In this document: piece after piece, positions 1 to 13,184 of the stretch | Position numbering within the stretch: the first letter of the stretch is position 1 | Layout of the letters: the number at the start of each line of letters is the position of its first letter | Origin: Octopus vulgaris | Lineage: Eukaryota | Direction of reading: 5' to 3' | NCBI GenBank assembly: GCA_951406725.2 | Contig: OX597825.1 | Location: forward strand, 31,062,001-31,126,000 | Length of the DNA stretch: 64,000 nucleotides | Translations under genes and position numbers: made by a program | Notes under the pieces: model-generated | Database searches by the model: none | What the model saw: only the letters and a program-made list of their open reading frames with translations | Told to the model about the DNA's origin: nothing

Positions 1-312
1 TTGAAATCTTGTTTGTTCAACAAGTGTAGCTTACTTCAATATGTTGAAACGTAAGTGGAATTGCCCCTTTGTACTTCTTTTATACATGCCTTAAGAATTT
101 CAGAATTGGATAATGCTCATGGTTGTTGAAATAACAAAGAGCTTTAAGCTAAGAACGAGTGTATGCAATTGTTGTTACTGATCTATGGCATCACCATTAA
201 TCACCATCTTAACTATACTTTCCCATACTTGCATGATGTACGTGTTTACATATATGTTTGTATGTATGCATATATTTTTATTATCTCCTATATATATATA
301 TATATATATATA

Positions 313-347
<35 letters not shown>

Positions 348-1210
348 CATATACGTACACAAAGATAGCTAGACAGACAGGTAACTACATAGACAGACTT
401 GTACCGTCAGAAATAAAAGCACATGTTCTCTACAAAAGCAATGCATGTGTCATAATGTAATATAGAGATGTACAGTGAATGCTAGAGGAGGCACAGATGT
501 ATGTATAGGGACCTCTGCAAATTTTTCAGAGACAGATATCGCAACCAAATTCCATGTTTCAGCAGAATTGATAAGAGATATTATAACTCACTAGCAGACC
601 TCATATGGAGACTTAAAAAATATATTAAAAAATTAGTTATTATTTGGTCCATCATAAAGAACATACATCCATATGATGTCTTTTCTAGGAATGTGTGCTC
701 TGAAGAATCCCTGTATATTTTGCTGAGTAAAGAGAACTTAGTCAACACATACTCTGTGAGACTTATAAGGTATAACCACACACTCAAATACACATTTTCA
801 CAATATCATAGAAACAATTAATAATTAGGAATATCTTTAGTTAGCAAGCTTAATTTTGCTTCCTGTTTACATAGACTGATATTTGTCTTGACTAAATGTA
901 CTAAGTATCTGATTTCAGGATTTCACAGGATAGTTTGATGTTTCAATTGAATATACATGTGTGTGTGTGAGTGCAAGCGTGCGTGTATATATATGTAACA
1001 TTTTGGACTAATAGGTATATGTCAATAAGTGTGTGGAAGTGTTGAGTAGAGCACAGACATGGTTTGAGCTGTCTGGTGTCATCCACAGTTGGGGTATATT
1101 CCCGTTGGATCTACTTCAGGAATTCTCATGATTGTACAAAATAAAAGACTAATATCAAATCCATCTTCTGGTTACTTAATCAATTATTATTATTATTATC
1201 ATCATTATAT

Positions 1211-1375
1211 AGGAGTGGCTGTGTGGTAAGTAGCTTGCTTACGAACCACATGGTTCCGGGTTCATTCCCACTGTGTGGGACCTTGGGCAAGTGTCTTCTA
1301 CTATAACCTCGGGCCGACTAAAGCCTTGTGAGTGGATTTGGTAGATGGAAACTGAAAGAAGCCCATCATTTGTCC
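1211..1375 (+). mobile_element. SINE family A (tRNA-like head), 5' part
   Basis: aggagtggctgtgtggtaagtagcttgct...ggttccgggttca...ccttgggcaagtgtcttctactata...ggaaactgaaagaagccc; this head recurs more than 10 times in the window; A-box/B-box-like motifs present. Confidence 0.85.
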
Positions 1376-1539
1376 CGCCAACATCTAGATACGGATATAT
1401 AATATATAGATAGATACACATATATGTATGCACTTGTGTGTGCGTGCGTGTGTGTACACACACATATGCATATATATATGACATATATTTATATGTATAT
1501 ACTTCTATACACACACATATATATGCATATATGTATGAA

Positions 1540-1582
<43 letters not shown>

Positions 1583-2169
1583 ATGCATGTATGTATTGCA
1601 GATTTTCCTAACAGAATTTTCAAATATTAAATTCGATTTATGGCAAAAATAGATGCTACGTACAGGTTAAGAGTTAACTATATTTCTTAACATGATTAAA
1701 GGATGTCTAGATTGGTAGCAAGAATAACTATGAAAAACATTAGCAATAGTAAATAGCTCAAATTCTTCAACACTCTTTAAGATACCCATTAATTGCTAGA
1801 CAGTTAGTATCATAATTGAAGAAACATTTGGACTGGCTCTTATTGTTGTGGTTTAAATCAAAGTTAGCCTGAATCAAGCATACATGTGATGGAAAGCATT
1901 CTGGTTATGACCACCTTGTTTTTTTATTAGGCATAATGTATTTAGAACTATATTACTGCATTTTCCAGTGTACAAGTCAATATAGTTTAAACATGTAGAT
2001 TAAACATTCAAACATCATCTCTAGCTTTCGAAATCCTTCTATATTTTACATGTAATTTTTGGTCCTCCAAAGATGTCTTGGTGTATAGATTAACCTACCT
2101 TTTTGGGGGGTTGTAAATTTTGACCCCAAAATTCAACTTATTTACCAGAAAATACAGTACTAGTCACAT

Positions 2170-2550
2170 CGTTTGGGGATCAGTTGCACTGTGTGGGGCC
2201 TCGGGCAAGTGTCTCCAACTATAGCCTCAGGTCAACCAAAGCCTAGTGAGTGAATTTGGTTGATAGAAACTGAAAGAAGCCCAGTGTGTGTGTGTGTGTG
2301 TACGTGTGCACATGTGAATGTTTTTGTGTCTGTGCTTGTCTCTCACCAGCACATTGTAACCAGAGTTGGTGCTTTTACCTCACCATAAAAGCACCATAAC
2401 TTACTGGTTCAACAAAAGAGACCAAAAGAATAAGTATCAAGCTTAAAAAGCACAGGGTATCGATTTATTTGGCTACAAATTCTTCAAGGTGGTGCTCCAG
2501 CAAGGCCACAGTCTAATGACTGAAACATATAAAAGATAAAAGATAAAAGA
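2170..2550 (+). mobile_element. SINE family A, degenerate near-full copy
   Basis: gggcaagtgtct...aaactgaaagaagcc-(GT)n-...aaaagagacc...aataagta...ggtgctccagca.ggccacagtc.aatgactgaaac. Confidence 0.8.
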
Positions 2551-3279
2551 AACATGAGATTTGATTGTTATTTCTATTATGATTTAGTATCTATGATTTG
2601 GGTTGGTACTTTTACAAGATGGTAAATTGGTAGAAATTTAGGGCATTGATCAGAATGGTTTTCCCATATTTGTTCCATTCTCTGCACACTGAGTTCAAAC
2701 CCTATCAATGTGCCAATATCTGTTTTGATTTTCAACCTTTTGGGCATCAATAAAAATGTAACAATACACCAGAAATAGCAATTCAAATCATTTTCTAGAA
2801 GCAATCACTGTGCATTGGATCCCTCAATATCTTCAGCATATTCTGAAGATGGATGGTTTCACAAACCTGCTTCCAGGAATTAAAATTACACCCAATAATG
2901 CACCATTTATATATATACATACATATATATATATATACATTATACATTTTACTACCCTAAAATTTATTAATATATATATATATATATATATAAATATATC
3001 TATATCTATATCTGTCTATATATATATATGTATATATGTATATATATATATATGGAAGATGGATATGTTAGCACTGAAGCTGAAGGTTTTGTAACTAATA
3101 GGAACAGCAATTGAATATCACCCAAAGAAATACAACTGGATCCCATTATACAGGTAAACTGTTGTATAATGAAATTCCTGTATATATGAAGAACTATGTT
3201 GTATGGAAACGTGTAGTGATTAAAAAACAACTGTCCACCTGTACTCCTTCTTGTTGACTCTGTCTTATTCAATTATACA

Positions 3280-3331
<52 letters not shown>

Positions 3332-4125
3332 AATAGATAAAGCAGCATTAGTGTCCTCTGACACAAGTGGTTACCTAGAGGTTTCTAGTTCAATCTGTGG
3401 CCTAACTCAAGAATATCACCTGAAGATGACGAAAGGATACCAATTAAAAGGTGTTAAAAATACACCAATATGAAGAAAAATATTTCACTACAATAGATGT
3501 CAGTATCTGCATACCTTAGTTAAATAAAACAAAGAAAAACACATGTGTGCAAAGATGCCCAAAATTTCCATGAAACTTGTCATTTGGTACCACATAAATC
3601 ACAAAAAAAAAAAAAAATTATGAGTTGCACTAGCACTATCAAGAGAGTTTCACACTCTACACAAGTTTAAATGATAAGTACCATACTACAGAGTGTATGG
3701 ATTTTGTATAGAAATACATATTTAGCACTGTCATACACAGCATTTTGGATTTATAACTTGGAGACAGAATATTTGGATATTGAAGTATATGTAAATATAT
3801 GCAAGCAAGCATAATTCTGAGAACACCACAGATGAATAAAACCAAATTATATTGAAATCATAATGCCTTAGCTGTTTAGACAAGATATCCTTTCTAGCTA
3901 AATGCAACAAAGTCCAGAATATTTTAAGAGTAGCTCTGTGTGTGTGTCTGTGAGTGTGTGTGTGAGAGAGAATGTAAATCATTGAATGACAAGGGAACAG
4001 AAATAACGCAACTAACTTCATAATTTATATCATGCTCTGTACTCACCTAATGCATTAATTCCAAAGCATTTATTTTGAGTCCTAGCAACTAATAATTATT
4101 GATATTGCTATGTCTAAGCAAATTC

Positions 4126-4164
<39 letters not shown>

Positions 4165-4344
4165 TTATATAAAATATGAATTAGAGATAAAACCACTATT
4201 AGGCAACTCAAACATATCTCTAATTCATATTTTATATATTTATACTGTGAAATTTGATTTAATGCTAAATCGAATTTTTCCCTGTACGTTTGGAGCAATA
4301 CTCCCTAAAATTATATATATATATATATATATATCATGATAGAT

Positions 4345-4531
4345 CGTTAGCTACTACACGCATTTTTTTTCTTTCCTTTTCTTTCTCCTTGTTTTTTTCT
4401 GTGTATCTTTCTATGGAAGAGCGTAGACTTGAAATGTAAAAGACTTTTTCTATTCCTGAGCGCTATACTAATACATTTGTTTGTTTGTACACCAGATGCC
4501 TTCGTCTTTTGTTTATTTTCGTAAACTTTCC

Positions 4532-4533
<2 letters not shown>
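4345..4533 (+). repeat. (TA)n-embedded short interspersed repeat with a decayed hammerhead-like motif (Penelope-like derived?)
   Basis: Closely similar to 39820-39993, with a variant at about 28305-28432; contains cttt-ctatgga-agagcgtagactt-gaaa-tg-ta-aaag. Confidence 0.6.
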
Positions 4534-4562
<29 letters not shown>

Positions 4563-4779
4563 ACAGTTAGTATGCATGTATGTGTATATATGTAAATATA
4601 AGGTATAATTAGATTAGTGTGTTTAAATGGTGAGTAGAGCACAGACACAGTTTTGGCTACCTATTGCCATCCATAGTTGTGGTACACTTCTATTGGATAT
4701 ACTTCAGGAACTTCGCAGTGATGGTTAGGGTAACAGTATTAATTAATAGTAGATGGATTTCATATTAGACTTTTATTAG

Positions 4780-4824
4780 GTACAACATATGTTTCAACCC
4801 GTTGGTCTGGGTCTCTTCAGGTAC
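4780..4824 (-). ncRNA. Minimal type I hammerhead ribozyme motif
   Basis: GUAC CUGAAGA GACCC-agaccaac-GGGUU GAAA C-AUAU-G UU GUAC: conserved core, stems I and II, palindromic stem III. Confidence 0.7.
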
Positions 4825-4939
4825 ACTGATAAAGAAGTCTCACTAGATATTTTTTGTGGCAGCTGGTTTGTTGTTATATACCCATCCAGATTCTTGATCT
4901 GAATGGGCACAAAATATCTGGTGAGATTTCCTTATCAAT

Positions 4940-4984
4940 GTACCTGAAGAGATCCAGACTGATGGGTCGAAACATATGTTGTAC
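4940..4984 (+). ncRNA. Minimal type I hammerhead ribozyme motif
   Basis: GUAC CUGAAGA GAUCCA-gacuga-UGGGUC GAAA C-AUAU-G UU GUAC. Confidence 0.75.
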
Positions 4985-5048
4985 CTAATAAAAGTCTTAT
5001 GTGAAATCCATGTCCTACTATCAATTAATACTATATATATATATATAT

Positions 5049-5277
5049 AAGGCGAGCTGGCAGAAACGTTAGCACGCTGGGCAAAATGCGTTGCCGTATT
5101 TCGTCTGCCATTATGTTCCGAGTTCAAATTCCGCCGAGGTCGACTTTGCCTTTCATCCTTCCGGGGTCGATAAATTAAGTACCAGTTACGCACTGGCGTC
5201 GATGTAATCGACTTAATACCTTTGTCTGTCCTTGTTTGTCTCTTCTGTGTTTAGCCCCTTGTGGGTAGTAAAGAAAT
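5049..5277 (+). mobile_element. SINE family B
   Basis: ggcgagctggcagaaacgttagcacg...gagttcaaattccgccgaggtcgactttgcctttcatcctt.cggggtcgataaattaagtaccagtt; tRNA-like boxes plus a conserved central domain (Meta/CORE-type superfamily by recall); multiple copies in the window. Confidence 0.85.
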
Positions 5278-5314
5278 ATATATATATGTATGTATGTATG
5301 TATGTATATATGTA

Positions 5315-5352
<38 letters not shown>

Positions 5353-6577
5353 CATAGATATATTTACATTTACATATATATATATATATATTAATTAGTG
5401 TGTATGTATGTATGTATGTATGTATGTATGTATGTATGCATATATGTATGTATGCATGCATGTATGTATGTAGTGCATTGTGTTATTGGGCTTAGAGATT
5501 TTATCATCAGACATCATGTGGAAAGAAAATAAATATTCCAGGGGGGATTTTTATCAATCGTTTAACAACACATGTGGACAAAGTGACGCTGACAAGGAAG
5601 AGCATCACTTTGAAAAATTGTTCTCACTCTCATTCTATGAAGGGCCCTTTTATATTTCGCAAAATGCCTCACGATATAACAATGAATGTTCTAACTTGAG
5701 CAAACAGCCAAAAAACACCAAGACAGTAACAAGAGAATATTATATAATGTCAAATGAATATTATATAAAGTCAAAATAGATGTCTATCTGGTTTTAAGAA
5801 TCATTGGTTTGAAAAAAAATAAATAACAAAAACAATATAACAGTTTTTTCATATTTTCACACAAGACTATTTTTACGAAAAAGAAAAAGAAATTCTAGTA
5901 ATAATACAAATAAAAGAATATAAAAATAAATACATTCAAACTATATAACAAGTATAAATTTTTGGAATATGTGTGTGTGTGTGCATTTGTGTGCACGTGT
6001 GTGTGTGTCTGTGTGTGTGCATGTGTGTTTGTGCGCATGTGTGTGTGTGCATGTGTGTGTGTGCATGTGTGTGTGTGTGTGAGTGATGGACAGTTAGAAT
6101 AAAAGAAAAATTAAATGAGTTCCACAAATTTTTACACTATTTTAGAAATAAAAAAAGTTAAAAGTATTAAAATATTCATGAAATTAAATAAAAAGAAACA
6201 ATTTTATATAATAAACACATAGAAAATAAATATAACTATATCTTTCCATTTCTTTTTTCTCTTTCTATCTATATACGATTTTTGAAAACCAGATAGAATC
6301 CATTTTTAGAAAAAAAAAATTTTTTTTTTTTAAAATCAAATGGAAGTGAAAAGAAATATATGGCAGAGATAGAAATGCAGAAAATATATAAAACATACAC
6401 ATGCATATGTGTGTGTGTGTGTGTGTGTGAGAGAGAGTTTGTGTGTACATATATGAGTATACACACACACACAAGTATATATACATACACATACATACAT
6501 ACACTCACACTCACATGCATATATATATATATCTCAAAGAAATTTTTTCGTAAATATCAAATAGAAAAACACTTTAC

Positions 6578-6684
6578 CCGTTTCATGTTGATTAGTGCTT
6601 TGCATTTTACTGATGATTGTCAGAAGTTGGTGAGCTGCCTGTGCTATGGTCATGAATCGCGGTGCTTCGTACACTTTCCGACCT
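6578..6684 (-). CDS. DPH5: Internal coding exon of diphthine methyl ester synthase (DPH5)
   Basis: Minus strand reads ttttctttgacag|A GGT CGG AAA GTG TAC GAA GCA CCG CGA TTC ATG ... GAA ACG G|gtaaag: a canonical AG/GT-bounded 107-nt exon, phase 2 to phase 1. It encodes GRKVYEAPRFMTIAQAAHQLLTIISKMQSTNQHET, matching the DPH5 motif GRKIYEPPRYMSVNQAAQQLLEI as I recall it. I did not find another DPH5 exon in the window. Confidence 0.9.
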
Positions 6685-6859
6685 CTGTCAAAGAAAACAA
6701 ACACAGAAGAAAAAGAAAAACAATGAGAGACGGATGAATGGAATGGTGGGGGAGGCGAACAAACAGAGTCTAGATAAAAGTTGATAACTGTTGGTGTCTG
6801 TGATGAAGTAAGTATGTATGCAATATACATACATACATACATATATATATATATATATG

Positions 6860-6898
<39 letters not shown>

Positions 6899-7315
6899 AT
6901 ATGTGTGTGCGTATGGGATTCGATTTAAGCAGAGTATGTCATCAAACAATATCTTTCTGACTTCATTAAATCTTTGCTTAATCAGCAATATATTTCCATT
7001 TTCTTTTTGTCAATTACAACAGGAATGTTTTATATATATATATATACATATATATACAAATCGACAGACAGATAGAGAGAGAGAGAGAGAAAGAGAGAGA
7101 GATAATATATATATATGATGCTTCAAAATGTTTTGTTGTACATGAACATTTAAATGATATGTCATCAGGAAACATGATTTAATTCTAACAGTTTTAGTGG
7201 CACTATTTCTCTTGTCTTGTCATGATAGCCATTCAGCAAGAATCCAAAATCAGACTAGTCTATTGATATTGCTAAACATATACTTGTTAGGGGTTGTTAC
7301 AATATCCATTATAAG

Positions 7316-7705
7316 CAAGGTGGCAGGCTAGCAGAACGGTTAGCACGCCGGCAAAATGCTTAGCGGTATTTCGTCTGCTGCTACGTTCTGAGTTCAAATT
7401 CTGCCGAGGTTGACTTTGCCTTTCATCCTTTCGGGGTCAGTTAAATAAGTACCAGTTACGCACTGGGGTCAATATAATCGACTTAATCCGTTTGTTTGTC
7501 CTTGTTTGTCCCCCTCTGTATGGGTAGTAAAGAAATAGGTATTTCATCTGTGTTTATGTTCTTAGTTCAAATTCTGCCGAGGTCAACTTAGCCTTTCATC
7601 CTTTTGGGGTTGATAAATTAAGTACCAGTTGCATACTGGTGTCGATCTAATCGACTGGCCCCCTCCCCCAAAATTTCAGGCCTTGTACCTAGAGTAGAAA
7701 AGAAT
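7316..7705 (+). mobile_element. SINE family B, dimeric copy
   Basis: The ttcaaattctgccgagg...gcctttcatcct...aagtaccagtt module occurs twice in tandem. Confidence 0.85.
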
Positions 7706-7789
7706 ATTCATTATAAGCAATAATGAATATGTACATCATCATTAAATGATGATGTGGAGGAGAAGGAAAGAATTCAGTGCTTGAGTCCT

Positions 7790-7980
7790 TTAACATATCT
7801 AGCCCCAATATTCTACCTGCTCTGTATCCCAACTAGATTTATCCTCTCACACCTATCCAATAGTGTCTTTCTAAAAATAAACACTCAGATCAACAAAATC
7901 TTAAAAATATGAGATAATGCATGACTAATTCAAAACAACAAGAAAAATGAGCATTACATTTCACGGTAATCTGAACTTCA
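7790..7980 (+). mobile_element. Degenerate copy of the piggyBac-type MITE at 45455-45663
   Basis: Shares ctacctg...tcacaccta...ctaaaaataaac...aaaatct...gataatgcatga.taattcaaaacaa with the intact copy. Confidence 0.55.
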
Positions 7981-8184
7981 CCTTTCACTTGTAGTGGCAT
8001 ATTTAACTATTATGCAGCAACTGGAAAAACTTAAAAATCCAAATCAAACCAATATATTTTATAAATGTGTGAGGGTGTGATTGTGTGTATGTATTTGTAT
8101 CTGTGGTTTGTATGCATGTATGCATATGTACAAAGAGTAAAGATCTCCTTTGGTTACGAATGACCATGTGATTGCTCAAAAAAA

Positions 8185-8465
8185 GTTCCTTCAAAGCACA
8201 AGTCAGGGCAAGGTTGTTTTGTAGAGGACTTGCAGTGACCCATGCATTCCAGTCTCCCTTCTCCATATTACTGGTGTTGATGTCCAAGGGAAAGGCAAAA
8301 GTCGATACAGCTGGGCACCAGAGACATCGCAACTCATTTCTACATCTGAGTGAACCGGAGCAATGTGAAATAAAGTGTCTTGCTCAAGAACACAACACAG
8401 AATCCAATCTAGGAAAGGAACTCACAACCTCACAATTGTAAGGCTGATGCTTTAGCCACTGAACC

Positions 8466-8470
<5 letters not shown>
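8185..8470 (-). mobile_element. SINE family D-related variant
   Basis: gagcaatgtgaaataaagtgtcttgctcaagaacacaac...gaactcacaacc...ttagccactgaaccatgtg; similar to 13478-13715 and 59520-59688. Confidence 0.65.
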
Positions 8471-8520
<50 letters not shown>

Positions 8521-9516
8521 TATACACATATATTCAGTAATGTATTACCAACCATTTTTATACAAATAAACGGATAAATAAAAATAAAACACAATGATGA
8601 CGATGGTGGTGGTGGTGGTGGTGGTGGTGGTTGTGATGGTGGTAGTGTGTATAATGATAGTAACAATGATGATAATTATCATAATCATCATCATCACCAT
8701 CATTATGATAATTCACGTACTAATGTACCATATTTTACAAACATGTGGCATCATTTGAAGAAGAAACCCAAACAAGTCACACAGTTAAATTGTATCTATG
8801 TCTTTAACTAGAGAGAAAATTTAATTTTCACTATTTTTCAAAATAAATTTGAAAATAATATTTTACAATTATTTACTTTTTTTACATTTAACTTATAATT
8901 ATAATTGATAATTATCTACGGCAGTAATGAAATAAAATATGCTTTTTCTTTCTTACATTTTGTTTTAGTTATATGCGCATATTTATTTATTGAATTATTT
9001 GATTATTTATTGATTTATTATTACTATTATTATTATCACTTTTATAATTACTATTATCATTATCATTATCATCATTTATTATCATTATTATTATTATTAT
9101 TATTTGTCTTAACTTGGTATAGGTAGCACTTTGTATTATTACATTTTACTATTAGTGTAGTAAACCTAATTATAAGTAATTAACGGATAGTAAAAGTGAG
9201 TGTAAAAAAAGAGAGGTACACAAATAGAGAGAGACAGAACAGAGAGAGGCGGGAGGGGGTGAAAGGAGAGAAACAACAGAGAGGAAAGGGGGAATAGAGA
9301 GAAAGAATGGGAAGAAAGTGATGGGGTAGCATGAAAGAAGTGAGAGAAGAGAAACAAAGAGAAAAAGGAGAGACAGAGTGAGGGAGAGAGAAAAGAGAAA
9401 AAAGAGGAGGAGCAAGATAGGTATGAAGAAACAGATAGAAAGACAGACACAGAGATCAAAGAGAGTTTACATGTAGGAAATAATAAGTGTAAAAGATATT
9501 CCATATGTTTAACAAA

Positions 9517-9906
9517 TCTATATATATATAATGCTGAAGTTGTCTGTGTATGGCAGGTTTGGTAGCCTTCAACTAACACTATCTCCTCCGAGACCTTGCG
9601 GTGCAAGTTGACCAAAATTGTGAGTATGATAGAAGAAGGCTTGCTCTTCCTTCCATAGAAGAAAAAATTCACATCGGACCATGTTAACACCAAAAGTTAT
9701 TTACATCAAAAATGTGCTTTTTTCTATGAAGATCCTTATTTTTTACGATTTTTTTACTGCTGTGTCGCCATTTATCGGTGTATTTCAACCAGAAAATGTT
9801 CACTTAAAGAAAATAACAAGCTACATAATGCAAAATTTTTACATTTCAAAAATTCCAATTCTAAAGGGTCAAAACAAACCCGAGAAACACCGGGCAATAC
9901 TGCTAG
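9517..9906 (+). mobile_element. Non-autonomous Helitron
   Basis: Starts A|TC(TA)n at 9517 and ends CTAG|T at 9903-9906; subterminal GC hairpin cccg-agaaacac-cggg at 9879-9894; no TSD; inserted at an AT dinucleotide. Confidence 0.8.
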
Positions 9907-10332
9907 TAGTTGTTAATATTTAAACCCAAGTTATCCATGCTGGAACGGTTCTGTAATCTAAAGTCAGATCAGCCATGACCATCCCGTCTTTTGGTATATG
10001 CAGGATAACTTTGTCCAATAAGATGATAGAACATGATTTAAGAGCTTTAGCTACTAATTCTACAAGATCAAGCAACCATATAGCAATTAAAGTTTAGAGT
10101 TTGTAAGTAAAAAAAGAGCAATGTCTGACAATACAGTGCTGAATAATTAACGATAAAAATCAAAATATAATCAATATTTCAGTTGTAATAAAACACTAAT
10201 TAGAAGCGGAAAAATTTTAAATGAAATATTAAAAGCCCAGTGGTACATTACAACCTTCTGTTGAAGACATAATAAAATACTCTACCAACATGCCACTAAC
10301 AATTACTAAAACTGTACAAATACTATAGATTT

Positions 10333-10366
<34 letters not shown>

Positions 10367-10385
10367 CTATATATGTACTATATAT

Positions 10386-10800
10386 ATTTCTTTACTGCCC
10401 ACAAAGGGCTAAACATAGAGGGGACAAATAAAGACAGACAAAGGGATTAAGTCAATTACATCAACTCCAGTGCATAACTGGTACTTTATTTATTGACCAC
10501 GAAAGGATGAAAGGCAAAGTCGAGATCAGCGGAATTTGAACTCAGAACATAACAGCAGACGAAATACCTATTATTTTACTACCCATAAGGGGCTAAACAC
10601 AGAGAGGACAAACAAGGACAGACAAACGGATTAAGTCGATTATATCGACCCCAGTGCATAACTGGTACTTATTTAATCGACTCCAAAGGGATGAAAGGCA
10701 AAGTTGACCTCGGCAGAATTTGAACTCAGAACATAGCGGCAGATGAAGTACCTCAAAACATTTCACCAGGCGTGCTATCGTCTCTGCCAGCTCACCACCT
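10386..10800 (-). mobile_element. SINE family B, dimeric copy
   Basis: Reverse complement of the 5049 and 7316 copies, two tandem modules. Confidence 0.85.
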
Positions 10801-11296
10801 TTATATGTACTATATAGTACAAATACTATATACTATGTAGTTGTTACTCTGAGAGACAATGTACTCGGTTTGAAATGCTAGAAGACTCTATGTGATCCAA
10901 GTGCATGTGATAGCCCACCACAAGGTCCAGTCCTTGACAATGTGTGGTGGATTGCATCCCCTAAATGCGATGCCAGTCCATATCAGAGTAATTCATTTAC
11001 ATTTAAGTGGACTGGAGAAACAGGAAAGGAAGTGTTTTGCTCAAAAACATAACTCACTACCTGGTCTGACAATTGAAATCATGACCTTGCAATAGTGAAT
11101 GGAACACCCTAACTAGAATATGAACATATGAGGAAAAATAGATGAGCAATGCAAAGTCTCTTGATAATACAGAGCATAAAGGAAGATGAAAGTTTCAAAT
11201 ATTTCAGTTTTAATAACACCTGATTGCAAACGGTGCAAACAATATAATGTAAACGTCTAAAGCAAACAACCCAAGTTGTTTGCTTTAGATGTTTAC

Positions 11297-11460
11297 CCAG
11301 GCACAGGAGTGGCTGTGTGGTAAGTAGCTTGATTACCAACCACATGGTTCTGGGTTCAGTCCCATTGAGTGGCACCTTGGGCAAGTGTCTTCTACTATAG
11401 CCTCAGGCTGACCAAAGCCTTGTGAGTGGATTTGGCAGACGGAAACTGAAAGAAGCCTGT

Positions 11461-11529
<69 letters not shown>

Positions 11530-11825
11530 GTATGTATGGATTTGGTAGACGGAAACTGAAAGAAGACCGTCGTATATATGTATGTATATATATGTGTGTG
11601 TATGTGTGTGTGTGTGTATATGTGTATATGCCTGTGTTTGACCCCCAACATCGCTTGACAATCAATGCTGGTGTGTTTACGTCCCCATAACTGAGCGGTT
11701 CTGCAAAAAGAGACCGATGGAATAAGTACCAGGCTTACAAAGAATAAGTTCTAGGGTTGACTTGCTCGACTAAAGGTGGTGCGCCAACATGGCCACAGTC
11801 AAATGACTGAAACAAGTAAAAGAGT
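11297..11825 (+). mobile_element. SINE family A, full length, with internal microsatellite and a duplicated ggatttggtagacggaaactgaaagaag segment
   Basis: Head, internal (TA)n/(TG)n and 3' ...ggccacagtcaaatgactgaaacaagtaaaagag tail. Confidence 0.9.
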
Positions 11826-12355
11826 AACCCCTAAATTATTATGCCGCATTATATACAGAACAAAATGGTATGGTGAAATATCCAAATTACTGAAAGAACT
11901 TCTGACAGTCAGTAAATTCTTTATCACTTCTAAGTTGCATTGTTTAATGCACAACTTAGTGATGTTCCTAACGAAGGCCTAGAGAGACACAACATTTATA
12001 TTCAACCATCTCAACAGCTTTCATGTCCTTTTCTCTTTACAATATTCACATATAGATGAGGAGATCAGAACGACCACATGATATTTTATATCTAACAGAT
12101 ACTACACTGTAAACTGGATATAAGTCTTAAAATTATGCAAAATATCAAACTGCATTAATAGGAAACATTTTCCTATCACTTATCTTTTACCATTTTCTTG
12201 TTCCCGTCAGTCACTTTTTGCTTAATTAGCTAAGTTACCGGATATAAACAAATCTACACCAGTTGTCAAGTAGCGATGAGGGAGAAACACAAAGATTCTC
12301 ACACATAGCTATACACAGACACAGACACACACACATACATGCACACACACAAATA

Positions 12356-13184
12356 TACAAGATGCATTCCAGAAGTTTTAAGACATTTTCAGGAGAGACA
12401 TTTATTAATTTGAAAGTACAAAATCTCCTTCACAGTAGGAACTCTATATCAGTGCACCTGTTCTATCACTCGAGATGACTTTGGGAAGTCCCCATGGAAG
12501 CCCGCCAAAGTGAAGGTGTCCAGGGCTCTTGTCAAAACCTCCTTCCTTTTCTTTTTTAGCTTGGGGAACAACCTAAAGTCACAGGGGGCAAGGTTTGGAT
12601 GGTAGGGAGGGTGAGTAGCAGTTCTGATGCCCCTCTTTGCTTTGGTGCAAGCACTCTGGGCTTTTATGGCAAAAAGAAAAAAACTTCTTCCTAAACTCAA
12701 TCAAAACCTCCACAAAGCACTCCTTGCTGACTGTCTGACCAGAGGGAAGCCAGTGGATACAGATGATACTTTGCTGTCAAAGAAGGAGATCAACATGACT
12801 TTTCTGGTGGCCTTTTTTTTGCCTAGCCTCTTGTAACAGTAAAAAATAGATGCTTGGCTCATCATATAAGCTAATCCATAAATGCAGTGCAGAGCATTCC
12901 ATAAGTTTCTGTAACATTTTTGCACAGTGTGACTCAAAACTTTATCACAAAGTAGGCCTCAGAACAGTCTTCACATCCTGATTACATTCTGCAAACTAGT
13001 CAGCTGTGACAAGCTCTGTTTAGCAGATGGGTGTTCAAAATGTTTTTACAGTCATCTCCTTCACTCTACAATAACAGAAGTTGGCAGGTTAATATGAGAT
13101 GTATAGTAAATACACACTAAGATTACAATAATCTAAGACAGTTATACCTGCTTCTAAAATGTATGTATATGCGTATACCTTGTA
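12356..13184 (-). mobile_element. Internally deleted, decayed mariner (Tc1/mariner) transposon
   Basis: Minus-strand peptides KNVTETYGML..., MSQASIFYCYKRL, KKATRKVMLISFFDSK and HPPYHPNLAPCDFRLFPKLK (YSPDLAPxD motif); TIR-like tacaagatgcattccagaagtttt at the left end; right boundary approximate. Confidence 0.85.

Larger units (their letters stand above)
4736..5031. mobile_element. Inverted-repeat mini-element, two ~125-bp arms each carrying a hammerhead motif
   Basis: 4736-4860 is the approximate reverse complement of 4906-5031, with a ~45-nt spacer. Confidence 0.75.

Noticed and set aside
690-750. CTGAAGA motifs at about 699, 3420 and 60811 as hammerheads
   Set aside because: They lack a properly placed GAAA, stem III and NUH, or a closing stem II.
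9190-9470. Hydrophobic 175-aa minus-strand ORF suggesting a membrane protein
   Set aside because: It derives from a degenerate (GA)n purine tract joined to Helitron sequence.
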